Below are positions 39,573 to 53,399 of a stretch of DNA of 64,000 bases, piece after piece (position 1 is the first letter of the stretch; every line of letters starts with the position of its first letter). Made by a program: the position numbers and the translations under genes. The notes beneath the pieces were generated by a model that made no database searches, was not told the origin of the DNA, and saw nothing but the letters and a program-made list of their open reading frames with translations. The DNA is taken from positions 83,886,001 to 83,950,000 of the forward strand of contig NC_042999.1 of the NCBI RefSeq assembly GCF_006345805.1. Direction: 5' to 3'. This DNA is from Octopus sinensis (taxonomy: Eukaryota).

Positions 39573-40287
39573 ATTGACATCATCAAAACACTGAACAAAA
39601 GCTTGTAAAAGTTAGCTATAGTTGCCATCTCAACATAGACTTGCAAATATTTAGCTATAACAAAAGCGTTGTCCACCGAAGTTCCATATAATATGGGAAG
39701 GAAAAAGGAAAAGGAGGAAAATACAATGTTACTAAAACAAAGACACATTCACATGTAGACAAACAAATGGTTTGATTAGGGTATAATCAATTTGGCGAGG
39801 AAACTAAAGAGAAAATATTACGACGATGACCACCACAGATCTACAATGGAAGAATTCACCACGTGTAGTTGAGGGTAAAAGAAAACGTTGAACGACAGTA
39901 AGTACGTCCAAAATTTATAAAGCAGTGACATACATACATACATAGATACTTGTAGCACACATATATATACGTGCAGAGTGAAAATAAATCACACTATTTA
40001 ATGTGACGGACTACACTGCAAAAAAATTTTTTTAATCCCTGATTTCATTTCTGTTTACAAACTTTCTCCGTGTCTACACTAAACATACGCACAAATCCTT
40101 TTATGTATACACACGCAATATTTAAGAAAAAAAGGAATATACACAAAAAAGAACGAAACATGTGTATATGCACACGCAATATTTAAGAACAAAAGGAATA
40201 TACACAAAAAAAGAACGAATCAAAAACAAATATTTTATATTTTACTTTTATCGTATTGTTGTTTACATTTTCTGTCTCTACGGATGA

Positions 40288-41444
40288 CCAGAAGAACAGA
40301 ATCGCCATGGTGAATCCATAGCGGCGTGCGATAAGACTGGTCGCTGCTCCAAAATAGAACACTGCCCAGAAAATCACACCTGCCACATCTGTACGGAACC
40401 CGAAAATACGTTCCGTAATCGCTGGGTCGAATGTGGGACATGTCTCATCTCTGTCTGCCTCCAATGTGCCACGGACTTTCAGAAGATCCCAGGCCAAAAA
40501 AAGAGCCATCATAATGCTATGATGGATAGACTCTGGAAGATGGTTCAGCTTAAATCTTGGACTTTTCAGTGTCAGGCCTGCGTGCCTCCACAACCGACGA
40601 TTGTGTCTCCCCCTGCCACTCCCGTGGAGGAGGCGGAACAGCAACAGCAGCAACAACAAAATCAACAACTAGAGAGCAGCAGCAGCAGCAACAACAACAA
40701 CAGCAGCAACAACAAAATCAACCACAACCAGAGCAGCAGCAACAACAACATCAACAACACAGCAGCAACAACAAAATCAACCACAACCAGAGCAGCAGCA
40801 GCAACAACAACAACACCAATTGACCAGTGCGGTTCTTGCAGAACTGCAACAATCGATCTGTGCTTTAAGAGGGGAAGTAGCAGGAATAAAAGCAACCATT
40901 CAGGTTGGACTCCACAATGAGGGGTCTTATCGGAATGCTCTGCTAAAGAACCTCCCTACCTGTACCTCTTGTCGCATCTAAGACCGCGGATTCTGCTACC
41001 CATGAAGTCATTGCCATTGGGGTGCCAGAAGACATGGCTGATCTTCAGGCATTTGCTGCCAACTCAGCCAAAGACCTAGGCTGCGTTCCCCCAACGGGTG
41101 CTATCCGCCTTGGACGACCTGGCCCAAAACCTAGGCTCATCAAGCTGTCTTTTTCGGACCACACTGAGGCAACCTCTTACCATCTGGCCTCAGTTAAAGC
41201 TGGGCGTGAAAATCGGACCACCTTCCGAACACGCCCAGGCTTACCGTCCGATGTACGTCCGAAGCTACGTGTAGCGGCTTCCCTGAATAGGAACTCAGCT
41301 CTACAGGAAAGCTTCAGTCTTCGGGAAGATGGACAAATCTGGAGATTTGTCAAGACTGCTGAAACGTGGAAGAGAGATACCAGCTGGTCTGAGTGCTCTC
41401 TACCCACAATAACTAAAAAGACTACAGCAACTCAGGGAAACTAA
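40288..41444 (+). pseudogene. LINE ORF1 (frameshifted): N-terminal PHD-like finger, Q-rich repeat, C-terminal domain
   Basis: Frame upstream of ORF 40519 reads CHIC...RWVECGTCLISVCLQC...WTFQCQAC; ORF 41022 contains IRLGRPGPKPRLIKLSF, typical of CR1/L2 ORF1. Confidence 0.75.
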
Positions 41445-41500
41445 GCCAGGACAATCTGCCATCCTCCACACACCATCATAAACTGCGAGCAGGGTACAAA

Positions 41501-44260
41501 TTGTTGTCCTTAAATGCTCGCAGTTTATGCAACAAAATACATTTGTTCAACGCCTACGTCAGAAGTGTTGACCCTGACTTCATCACTGTCACGGAAACAT
41601 GGGCGCATTCCTTACTCTGTGATGGGGTTTTCAACATCACGGGGTACAACCTCTTCCGTAAGGACCGCACTAACCGCCGTGGTGGTGGTGTGATGGTCTA
41701 CGTTCGTTCAAATTTTTTGGTAATTCCTTGTGCCGATTTGAACGAATCACAAGAAGAAGTTTTTTTCTGTGACGTACGTATGACCATGTCAACACTCCTG
41801 CTTGGCGTTGTTTATCGTCCCCCAAATTACCATCAGGACACACAGCTTTGCAACATCCTCCGAGCTGCTGCCAGGAAAACAGCCACTTATGTGTTTATTG
41901 CAGGCGATTTCAATCATCCTGAGATCGATTGGGAAACCTTCCGTTGGCCACAGAGTGCAAACGATTTCGTTGAGCTTGTGCTGGACTCAAACTGGTCACA
42001 AGTAGTCACCTCTCCAACAAGAGGCGACAACACCTTGGACCTGCTCTTCACCACAACTCCTGAAGCGGTTATCAATTGCACTACGGAGGAACCTCTAGGT
42101 GACTCTGATCATGCTATGATCATCGCCAATCTGGCTCTTGCGGGCAACAAAACACCTGAACCATCTCCAATCTGCTTCCTTCGATTGGAAGAGAGCAGAT
42201 GGAACCTGTACCACACTGAACTACAGCACCCAAACTGGCGTGAATTCTACAACTCTGGAGATGTGAATACTATACTCCAGAGTATCCTGGACTCAATATG
42301 GGCAGCATGTGCAGCATCAGTGCCACGTAAACAAAAAAGAAGAACCGCCCCAAAAGGGCAATTTGGGAAACTTCAGCGGTCCGACTTGCCAGGAAGGAAC
42401 GTCGGACTGCTGAACAGGAATACAAGTTGCATAAATCAGACACCAACAGGAAGAAGCGGAATAAATCCTCCAACCATCTCAAGCAAGTGACAAAAAAGCA
42501 GTGCTTGAATTTGAACAGTGCATAGCAGCCAATCCTGACAGCAAGGTTTTCTGGAAATATGTGCATTCAAAGCAGAGACCTCACTCTCCAATGGGCCCTC
42601 TTCGCAACCCTCACACAAACCAGATCACTGACGACCCCAAGGAATGCGCAGAACTCATTGCCGAGTGCTATGCAAACATATTCACTGTTGAAAGTCAAAA
42701 TGTACCATCTTCACCATCACTAACAGCAAACTCCATAACAACTATGGAATTTACACCTGCAATGCTGCGACGTCACCTTCAAAATAAGCGCAACTATGCC
42801 TCCCCTGGTCTCGATGGAGTTACATACCTGCTTCTCAAACGTGGCAGGCACTTCCTTTTACACCAGCTTTCTATTTTCTTCCAGTACTGTCTCAACAATG
42901 GTGCTACTCCGGAGCAGTGGAAAACTGCCAGTGTCATTCCTCTGTTCAAAAAGGGGACCGCACATCACCTGTCAACTATCGCCCAGTCAGTCTCACTAGC
43001 TGTATTGCAAAACTGATGGAATCGTGTGTCAGAGAAACACTCTGGAACTTCTGGAGCTCTCACAGTCTCATCCGACCCTCACAATATGGATTTGTCCCTA
43101 ACTCCAGCTGCAGTGACCAGCTTGTCGAGTTCCTTGAGGACATTACTCAGATCACTGACAGTGGCTCATGGGTGGATGTTGTCTACCTTGACTTTGCTAA
43201 GGCTTTCAACTCTGTGCCACACAAAAGGCTTATGGTGAAACTCTCTGCAATGGGTGTGGGGGATGACCTTTTTAACTGGTTGAAATCCTTCATCCTCAGC
43301 CGAAAGGAGGTAGTCACAGTTCTAGGACAGCACTCTACACCATATGAGATGTCATCGGGTGTACCACAGGGATCTGTCCTTGGTCCCCTCTTGTTTGTGG
43401 CATACATTAATGACATAGATGCCAATTTAAAGAATGCCACAGTATTGAAATATGCAGACGACATCAAGCTGTACCTTGAAATCAAGAGGACTGATCCTGA
43501 TGTCTACAACTCTTTCCTGCAATCAGACCTAGACACAATGCAGCAATGGATCACAGACTGGCAACTGAAACTGGCTGTGGACAAGTGTACCACCATGCAT
43601 TTTGGGAGAAAAAACCCTGCGTCCACATACTCCCTCCACAACACTGATATCAAGAAATCCTCTTGCGAGCGTGACCTAGGCATCACTGTCAGCAGTGATT
43701 TGCGTTGGACAAAGCATATCTCTAAAATTGTCAAGAAGGCCGAGGGTGTCTTGGCATCACTCAGCAAGACTTTTGTTAGCCGCTCTCCAGCCATCTATTT
43801 AAAACTGTATACAGCTATGGTACGACCACACTTGGAATTCGCATCATCAGTTTGGAATCCCTATCTTGCTCAGAACATTGACCTCCTGGAATCTGTCCAG
43901 AGACGTGCAACCAAACGCATACCCTCCATCAGACACCTACCATATTCTGAGCGCCTTGTTTCCCTGGGCATGGATTCACTGAAGCTCCGGCGTCTTGCGA
44001 CGGACTTGGTAAACACCCACAAAGTTATCAACCACCTCACCAACAACAACACTGAACACCTTTTTGATCTCCATGTGTCTAACACACGTGGACATGCCTA
44101 CAAAGTCAGAAAACAGCACAGCTCCCATGACTTTCGGAAACATTTTTCACGCTCAGGTTGCTGAAGCATGGAATAAACTGCCTGCGTCAGTTGTTGACTG
44201 CCATGACACTGCATCCTTTAAGGCCCTCATGCTTCCGAAATCCGTCGAAACTACACCTGA
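41501..44260 (+). pseudogene. LINE ORF2: APE endonuclease plus reverse transcriptase, split by about three frameshifts
   Basis: LNARSL, VTETW, VYRPP, GDFNHP, TLDL, SDH (APE); NYRPVSL, QYGF, YLDFAKAF, GVPQGSVLGP, YADD, DLGI (RT). Confidence 0.95.
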
Positions 44261-44575
44261 TTATATATACACTTTAGATGAGTTGTAGTGCACCTGAGCA
44301 CTGTACACAATTATTATTATTATTATTATTATATTAGTATTATTATTAGTATATTATATATATATATAATATTATATAGATATATTAGGGTGGGTGTGTG
44401 GTGGTGTGGGTGTGTGTGTGTGTGTGTGTTTGTATGTATGTATAATTTGTTCATTCATAGATTTTTTTGAATCACTACAAATTGTTTGATTATCATCTTT
44501 TAGCCCGCTCCCCCTCAAAACATTATGCATGTCCGATATATATAATAAATATATATATAATATTATATATACATA

Positions 44576-44651
<76 letters not shown>

Positions 44652-44802
44652 CATACATACATACATATATATATATATATACATTATATATATACATATT
44701 TACATATATATATACTTACATATATATATATTATATATATACATACATACTTACATATATATTATACTTATATATATATTATATATTCATATATATATAT
44801 GC

Positions 44803-44834
<32 letters not shown>

Positions 44835-45436
44835 GTATGTATATACGCAGAGAGAGAGAGACAAACACACAAATATGTACGTATGTGTGAATGTATGAAT
44901 ATGCGGATGTGCGTGTTTGTGTGTATGATCGTCCGATCTGCCGGAAACACAAACTTCAGTATGAATAAAATTAATACACACACAAGCAAAAACACACACG
45001 CACACACACGCACACTCACACATACATACACGTACCACACACACGCATGTTCATACATTTATGCGTTTCTGTGCGCTTTGAGTGCCCAGAAGTTAAATTC
45101 CCACTTACATTATTTCTTGCTCTCATACCGTCATGCTGTATAATAAAGACTGTCATGCTGTATAATAAAGACTTCTAAATGTGTAGCCGTGGATAGATGG
45201 TACGCTTTGAAGACAAAATGAAAGGTGATGAAACTGTGTAAATATTAATTTCAGCTTAATCTAATGTCATCGGTCAGTATTTCGTTCTTAGGCACCGAGA
45301 CGCGAAAGAGGAATTTAATCTTGGTGGTATATGAAACAGGATTACAAAAACTCAGATTCTGGTAACATGTACCATCTCAGTGTCACATAATATATGCACT
45401 CATACAAGCAAATGAGTATATTGATACAACTCTCTC

Positions 45437-45529
<93 letters not shown>

Positions 45530-45605
45530 AAGAAGAAAAAGGAGAAATTGACATATAGACATCAGTTTATTAAAAGATATTCAAATCAATATAATATGAT
45601 ATTCT

Positions 45606-45668
45606 GATCCCTACAGCCGTTTCCATATCCAATTGATTCTATTACGTCGTAGCCTCTTCAGTAGGGTC
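45606..45668 (-). ncRNA. Degenerate hammerhead-like motif downstream of a PLE RT remnant
   Basis: Minus strand: GACCCTA CTGAAGA GG...ATG GAAAC GGCT GTA GGGATC. Stem II is poor. Confidence 0.45.
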
Positions 45669-45699
45669 GGCTCGACTCAGCTGATTTGGGAGAAAATCT

Positions 45700-46500
45700 T
45701 CGTCAGTATATGTCTGTACTAATGTATCAGGGAAATTTTGACATAAATTAGAAATGATTTTAATTGTAAGGATCTTCTCTAATAGACTTTCATTTGAGGG
45801 GTGTCAAAATCTCCACATAAACTTACTTTAAATGAGAAAGTACATTGGATCAAATTTTAAGGGCCATATGGCCTCTAGGACATAATGAAATCATTGAAAT
45901 AAATCTCCACTTCTGAATTGCCATAAAAAAATAAAACCTCCTGAATATGACGGCAACATACTGGGAATGAACAAAGCGATGATAGCTAACGTTACTCTAC
46001 TGACACTGATTGTAGTGAGGAAAACCTACCACATCAATCTGGTCCGGGATGTTAAATAAGTTATTATTTCTTCATATTCAGTTCTGCATAGGGATGTAAT
46101 ATCCAGACAATGACTTATCAACATGAAGATATTAAACGTTTCCTTCCCATCATTTTACGTTTTAACGTTAATCTTTTTCTCCAGCAGAAATATAGTTTTC
46201 ACTTTTAGATAAGATACATTTTTAGGAGTTAAAACATTAGTCAATATACAAAGTCCCCATTTTAAAATGCACTGTGTAATAATAAGCTGGCAATAAATTA
46301 CATTCATGTGAACTATGCACGACTATTTTACAATTGTAAATGACAGTAGAAGAGACACCTAAGCAAAGGTCAAACAGGTAAGTCATAAACATATTTCCAT
46401 GCCAGGATCCTACATTTTACTATTTATATAAACTTCAAATCAGTTTCTAACTTATTACACGTTATAGTGACAATAAAATCAACTCAATAAATGTGTAGCC
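45700..46500 (-). mobile_element. Decayed Penelope-like RT remnant
   Basis: CLDITSL (SLDV.SL-like) and G.LY.L motif echoes, with a hammerhead-like motif on the same strand just downstream. Confidence 0.4.
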
Positions 46501-47222
46501 GAGTTGAACATTATGTATTTACACTGATACATTATCTATTCACGTTGGTGTATAACCTGACTAGATACAAAGAAGAGTCGTATATGTCAACCTGAAATAA
46601 TAGAAACACGGACAAAAGGAGAGGAAAAAATATAACAACGTCAGAATGTTCCCGGCCCATTTATGAGTTTTCTTGATGTTACTTTAGACATTAATGGACA
46701 AAAGCTAATTCCAAGAAAGACACGTCAATGACTAAACTATTTTAAAAGAAACATCTGAGGTCGTAGTTTAGATAAGTGCTTGATAGTACAAAATCAATAT
46801 TTTATTCCATGTTTAAATATATATTTAAAGTTCTTGTAAAGTTATTATAATGTGAAAAATAAGAAAATAGAAGTATATCTCTGTGAGAACCGAATATTCA
46901 TAATTCCGTTCATCGTGGGTTGCATACGTTTATTCAAGTTTATTACGATGAGAAGTCTGAGTACTCTTCTTATCAAACTTATTGCTTCATTAAATATCTA
47001 GAGAAAACATCTAAGTGGGGGGACGAACATTGTTGATTTATAGTAAAAACAGTTTCAAAACATATAAGCTAATATACAGAAAAAAGCAAATTAACGTGAC
47101 ATTTTTCTGTCGTTTTAAAATTATGCGTCTGATAGAGATACATTCCCATGGCTAATACCGCAGTTTAGAAGGCCTTCAGTATATACTCATTTTAAGTATG
47201 TATTCACACAGCCACGCCTGCA

Positions 47223-47259
<37 letters not shown>

Positions 47260-47261
<2 letters not shown>

Positions 47262-47592
47262 GCACTCCGTCGGTTACGACGACGAGGGTTCTAGTTGATC
47301 CGATCAACGGAACAGTCTGCTCGTGAAATTAACGTGTGACTGAGCACTCCACGTAGTTCTCAGGGAGATTCAGCGTGACACAGTGTGACAAGGTTGGCCC
47401 TTTGAAATACAGGTACAACAGAAAGAGGAAAAAAGAATGTGATAAAGTTGTGGTGAAAGAGTACAGCAAGGTTCGCAACCACCTACCGGAGGTGTTTTCA
47501 CTCAATAAACACTCACATCGCCCGTTCTGGGAATCGAAAGCACGATCCTACGGCCGCGAATCCGCTGCCCTAACCACTGAGCCATTGCGCCT
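47260..47592 (-). mobile_element. tRNA-derived SINE, head B with tail 1
   Basis: Reverse complement aligns by eye with 36798-37150. Confidence 0.85.
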
Positions 47593-47597
47593 ACACA

Positions 47598-47656
<59 letters not shown>

Positions 47657-47972
47657 TAGGCGCGTGCGTACGCACACACATACACATATATAAATCAATC
47701 TTCGATTTTGTGTCTGTGGCAATTCATTTATCAAAAGTTGCATTTATTAATGCATAATGATTTAGTAACGCTTATGAGATCTATTTTCAAAGTATACAAA
47801 TGTAAAACTATGAAACGAAGGACTTCCTGATTTCATTCTACTTGTTTATAATTATATCTCTTTGTTAATGTGTATGTACGTCTGTTTTTGTGTCTGTGTG
47901 TCTATCTGTGTGTGAGTGTGTGTGATGTCTGAGTCTTTCTCGCTCTCACTCACTCACTCTCTATCTACTTAC

Positions 47973-48005
<33 letters not shown>

Positions 48006-48105
48006 GATCTATCTATCAATATATGCACACGCACACACACAGACACACACACAGACACACACACACAGACACGCACACAGACACACACACAGACACACAC
48101 ACAGT

Positions 48106-48184
<79 letters not shown>

Positions 48185-48209
48185 GTGTGTGTGATTGTGT
48201 ATAGAAGAG

Positions 48210-48608
48210 TATATTAATAAAAGGAATTCCAACCTTGTCTGATTTTCACGTTTTATTTACAATCTTATAATGATATAATAAAATAAAATAAAATAATAGA
48301 ATGTTAAATGTTCATTCTGATTGAACTAGAACTTTCATGCATTAAATTATGCAATCTTGAGGTTCATGTAGTAGTGTTGACAGTCATGCTTCACAATTTC
48401 AAAAATTGTGAAGCATGTCTGTCAACACTACTACATGAACCCGAAGATTGTAGAATTCAATGCATGAAAGTACTAGTTCAATCAGAATGAACATTTAACA
48501 TTCTACTATTCATTTTATTTTATTCAATTATAATATATTATCTTATAATATATCATTATAAGATTGTAAATAAAACGTGAAAATCAGACAAGGTTGGAAT
48601 TCCTTTTA

Positions 48609-48616
<8 letters not shown>
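48210..48616. repeat. Fold-back palindrome P5
   Basis: Arms of about 190-210 bp meeting at TCACAATTT-CAA-AAATTGTGA (~48400). Confidence 0.95.
48436..48480 (+). ncRNA. Minimal type-I hammerhead-like motif (mirror copy at 48322-48366, minus strand)
   Basis: TGAAC CCGAAGA TTGTAGAATTCAATGCAT GAAA GTAC TA GTTCA; the other arm reads TGAAC CTCAAGA TTGCATAATTTAATGCAT GAAA GTTC TA GTTCA. Confidence 0.72.
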
Positions 48617-48642
<26 letters not shown>

Positions 48643-48844
48643 TATATATATATATATATGGACTAATAGATAGATTGACTTAAATATATTTGCAGATACA
48701 CATACATGCGTGCACACACGCACATGCATGGTTATACAAATGTATATATATATATACATACATATAGAGATACATATATACTTGTGTGTGTGTGAGTGTA
48801 TGAATATATTTTGATATTACACTTAGGCATTGCGATGCCTATAA

Positions 48845-48920
<76 letters not shown>

Positions 48921-49126
48921 TATATATATACTATCTGTCTATCTATCTATATATGTGTGTGTGTATGTGTTTGTGCGTATCTATATATATATATATATAT
49001 ATAAGTTTAACAATTAAGGATAATCTCTTAATAAGGGATCTTAACAAGAAATTATCGGTAGCTAGCGTGAAAACCTCATAAAAGAAAAGAATTCGAAAAT
49101 AATTTTTTTCTTTTGAACAAATTAAT

Positions 49127-49274
49127 TATATCTATATTGTATAGAGGGCATTATTACACATAAATGCCTCACACTAGGAGGGACAAAGTCATTACTACCA
49201 ATGGTAGTAATGACTTTGTCCCTCCTAGTGTGAGGCATTTATGTGTAATAATGCCTCTATACAATATAGATATA
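49127..49274. repeat. Fold-back palindrome P6 (near perfect)
   Basis: Centre CTACCA-A-TGGTAG at 49201; only one indel between arms seen. Confidence 0.95.
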
Positions 49275-50049
49275 TATATATACATATATGAATTTATATT
49301 GCTGCGTATGTGTGCGCGCCTGAGCTCACACTGACATCTGCACCGCTACTGGTATCATATATGTGTACTGTAATGCTGTCAAGATGTAATGATAGAGAAA
49401 TAGCAAAAAATTATGTTTCCCAAAGGGAATGTTATTTTGTAAAATACAAAAGCTCACGACCTTTTGGTGATGGACAAGTTTTCTTATTGAAGCGTGGATT
49501 TGCGACAGCGACTCATCAGATCGGCTGCTATTTTATTCTTTTACATATAAAGGCAATCCAGTGTTAGTACTGACTGCGGTTCCCTCCTTCGCAAAGCACA
49601 TTGAAAGAGGGTTGAAAAATAAAAGCGGAAGAGAGAAATATGGAAGGTTATGCGGAATTAATTCAGATATTGTGTTGGATGTTAACGAATATAAATATTT
49701 ATGTAAGTTGAGGAAAATAGTTAGGAAAATTCTTTTTATGATAAAATGCTAGTACATTTGCCCTAGGTTTAAGACGCAAGTGAGTCAATCTCCGTCGTTT
49801 GTTATATTTTACCTTTGAATTGTGTGAAAATGATATTGTTAATATTCTTGAGAATTAAAGTTCAACCCCGTTCCTCTTCTTACTTTATGTGTATGTATAC
49901 GCAGACATGCAGACACCAACATTTAAATGCGTGTGTATATGTGTCCGCATGTTTACACATGTATATAAAATATGTGCTGCTGAGTGCATTTTTTTTATTT
50001 GTGTGCATACATTTATGTCTGAGTTCACATATATTTTCGAATGATTCTA

Positions 50050-50820
50050 TGGAAATTAGATGTTAACTATCTGGATTTCGCAGTCATACCGGATGGCGAG
50101 CGCTAAAGTGTAATTCATAGAAAGCTAATCTAACAAAGAGGACATTGCCCTCAATTCCTATAACCTGAAAGTATGAGATCATATAACTTAAGGTTGTGGA
50201 AAACATGCGATCCCACCATGAAACACAACTATACTGAATCTCAAATCAATTTACCTCGAAAACAACAACCAACGTTGAACAACCCCAAGAAAGAGAAATA
50301 CATGCGATTTAATCTAAGTATTATAATTGAACTGCAGTTATATCAGCCGTGAAAGTATTTTCTAATTAGTTGAATACGCGTTTCCTTTCATAACCTAAGC
50401 ACTTTCAAATGTTCTACATTCATTACATTAAGAATATAACGTTCCATTACAAAAAAATGTCGCATATTTCAACGGATCTTAATCAATATAAACAAAAAAT
50501 TATCCGTACCTAAATCCATAGCCACAAGCTTTGACTCTATTAATCTAATTATTTACCTACAAGACCTTAACAGTAAACTTCAAGACGTTGCACTCGTTTG
50601 CTATGGTAACTAATAACACATCTGTTATCCATTCGATGTACAGTGAATTATTGAATTTGGGACTCAGCTAGAATCTTTATACATTTCGAAATCAAAATAG
50701 GTCTCATGAGAGAGTAGAATATTAAAACCATAAATTTTACTCTGAAATAGTTGTTTTCTTTGGGAAAATCATATACTGGCAACAACAATTGAATAAAACC
50801 GTATATTAGATAGTTTAAAA
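50050..50820 (+). mobile_element. Decayed Penelope-like (Naiad-type) remnant
   Basis: NYLDF and RKR..(W)FN-like motif echoes in order. Confidence 0.35.
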
Positions 50821-50862
50821 TCTTTGTGAAAGTGTCGCGTGTTAGTCAATATCTTAATGCTC

Positions 50863-51205
50863 GGCGCATGGCTCAGTGGTTAGAGCGTCGAGCTTACGAT
50901 CGCGAGGTTGTGAGCTCGAATCCCGGACCGGGCTGCGTGTTGTGTTCTTGAGCAAGGCACTTTATTTAACGTTGCTCCAGTTCAGTCAGCTGTAGAAATG
51001 AGTTGCGACGTCACTGGTGCCAAGCTGTATCGACCTTTGTCTTTCCCTTGGATAACACTGGTGGCGTGGAGAGGGGAGGCTGGTATGCATGGGCGACTGC
51101 TAGTCTTCCATAAACAACCTTGCCCGGACTTGTGTCTAGGAGGGTAACTTTCTAGGTGCAATCCCATGGTCATTCATGACCGAAGGGGGTCTTTACCCTT
51201 ACCCT
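50863..51205 (+). mobile_element. tRNA-derived SINE, head C with tail 3
   Basis: GGCGCATGGCTCAGTGGTTAGAGCG...GCTCGAATCCCGG, TTGTGTTCTTGAGCAAGGCACTT core, (CCCTTTA)-like tail. Confidence 0.88.
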
Positions 51206-51329
51206 TTAATGCTCACATATAAAATTTAAAACATTATCCCATTTCAAACCTTCAATCTACCTTAGGTAGATATTCTAAGCAAACCCCCAGTGTTCTCTCC
51301 TACTAGAGACCAGTAACGATCCTTCATAA

Positions 51330-51743
51330 TGACTCTTTACTCTTTTACTTGTTTCAATCATTTCAATCGACCCCAGGACCTATTCTTCGTAAGCCTAGTA
51401 CTTATTCTATCGGTCTCTTTTGCCGAACCGCTAACTTACGGGGACGTAAACACACCATCATCGGTTGTCAAGCGATGTTGGGGCGGGGGGGGGGGCAAAT
51501 ACAGACACACAAACACATACACACACACACATACATACATATATATATATATATACGTATATATATATACACATATATACGGCGGGCTTCTTTCAGTTTC
51601 CATCTACTAAATCCACTCACAAGGCATTGGTCGGCCTGAGGTCATAGTAGAAGACACTTACCCAAGTTGCCACGCAGTGGGACTGAACCCGGAACCATGT
51701 GGTTCGTGATCAAATTACTTACCACGCAGCCACTCCTACGCCT
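51330..51743 (-). mobile_element. SINE family A, full length with internal microsatellite
   Basis: Reverse complement of the 63711 and 34206 copies. Confidence 0.9.
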
Positions 51744-53399
51744 AGATCATTTTGTCTTCATCCATAAATTGAACTTCGAAACTTTATCATTCTTATACAA
51801 TTTTCTACTACCATGTAGATGAAGAGGCGCTTAAACTCAACTATTCAGCTCTTCTAATAAATTGCATTACAGTTCTAATGTCATAACTTACTCATTTCGA
51901 TTCGACAAATCAAAGCTGTAAACTAAATTACCTACTTTATACCGCTTCCTATACGCCCAGTATTATGCTCCTGCACCTCATATATATTTCTGTTATTTCC
52001 AAGATTCTATCAGCCAACTTAAATACACCATTATGCCAAAGTCAACATATATAAATTACTCTTAATATATCTCACTATCTCCGTAGCAATTCTCCAGTAA
52101 ATTGTAAATAACAAAGTGTTTAGCTTTCTCTAGATAATTTGTTCCAAAAATCTACCACAGCCCGACTGTAATTTTCTTTATTACATTGTTCCCCCTAGCA
52201 TCCACCAACTACACGTGAATTAAATTTTAACATAATCATTTATAATTGGAGATGAACTTCAATAAATTGCTCTACAACTTAATATACGTATACAGATATA
52301 CTTTACTCTCTTCACACATATTCCGTGATACTTATAGAAAGGCGAACGGTCCCATCATTAACTCAACGCTTTGATTTTGATAACATACTTTTAAAATTAT
52401 ATTCTTATAATTATACCAGATATTATCTTACATTTTTCATTATACTTACAAACGCAATTATATATTTTTAAAATATAATATCCCTTTAGCATATCAATTC
52501 TAATTCTTGTAATTATCAGTTCAAATATTTTATTTCTTCATCATGAACGATATAATTATACTCATATCCATTAACCTAATCACTTCCTGTGGTTTAAAAT
52601 TATAACCTATTTGTAATAATATATTTCCTAGGTCACTTTTTCTTTACAACATTAATTTTATTAATACTACACAAAGTATATTTCTCATTAAGTGACTTAA
52701 ATTTGCTTCATCATGAAATCATATAATTGTAATTTGTCTCGATATATAATATTATGCAACCTACGTAACTATTAATATTTTATGCATTTTTTATTTAAAT
52801 AATATCAATTTATATTGCATATGTTAAAGAATTGTGAAGGCGAGTGACCTAGTGGTCAGGGTGTTGACCTTACATTCATGGTTTCGATCCACAGACCAAC
52901 GGTACATTTTATATCTACGTAAACTTCCCTAAATCCATATTGACATATCAACATTTACCCCAGTAACCCAATGGAAACGTCTGTATATGAATGTATGCAA
53001 AATTGTTTTTTACTAGAACTGAAGTGCAATTACGTGTAAACCACTTAGGAATATAAACAATGAGGGGTTCTTTCTGTGCATTTTATCTGGATAAACAAAC
53101 ATTAAAGCGTGACTTCAGTTACCACATACGCATATCCTGTTTATAATGTGTTAAATGCGAGGCGTGTGTGCTGCCATTGATTGCTGGTAAGAAACAGGTA
53201 GAACTCGACCAGTAGCTGGAGTTAAATTGTTGGGGGTTACAGAGAAATGCTTGATCTGAGAAATGCAGAAACAGTTACAGTTGGGTAAAGGTTAGATTTG
53301 AGATGATAAATCCATCCATGCGGCCGCATATTGTGATGAAATAATAAATCTATCAACATTACTATGGATCGCCGAGACCCCAGAAACGTATGTTGGTCT

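Larger units (their letters stand above)
40100..44331 (+). mobile_element. Near-full-length CR1-group LINE
   Basis: 5' tandem ~60-bp repeat (40111-40220), ORF1, ORF2 with APE and RT, short 3' UTR and (ATT)n tail at ~44310. The 5' boundary is uncertain. Confidence 0.92.

Noticed and set aside
43183-44085. Minus-strand ORFs within the LINE
   Set aside because: Antisense shadows of the RT coding region.
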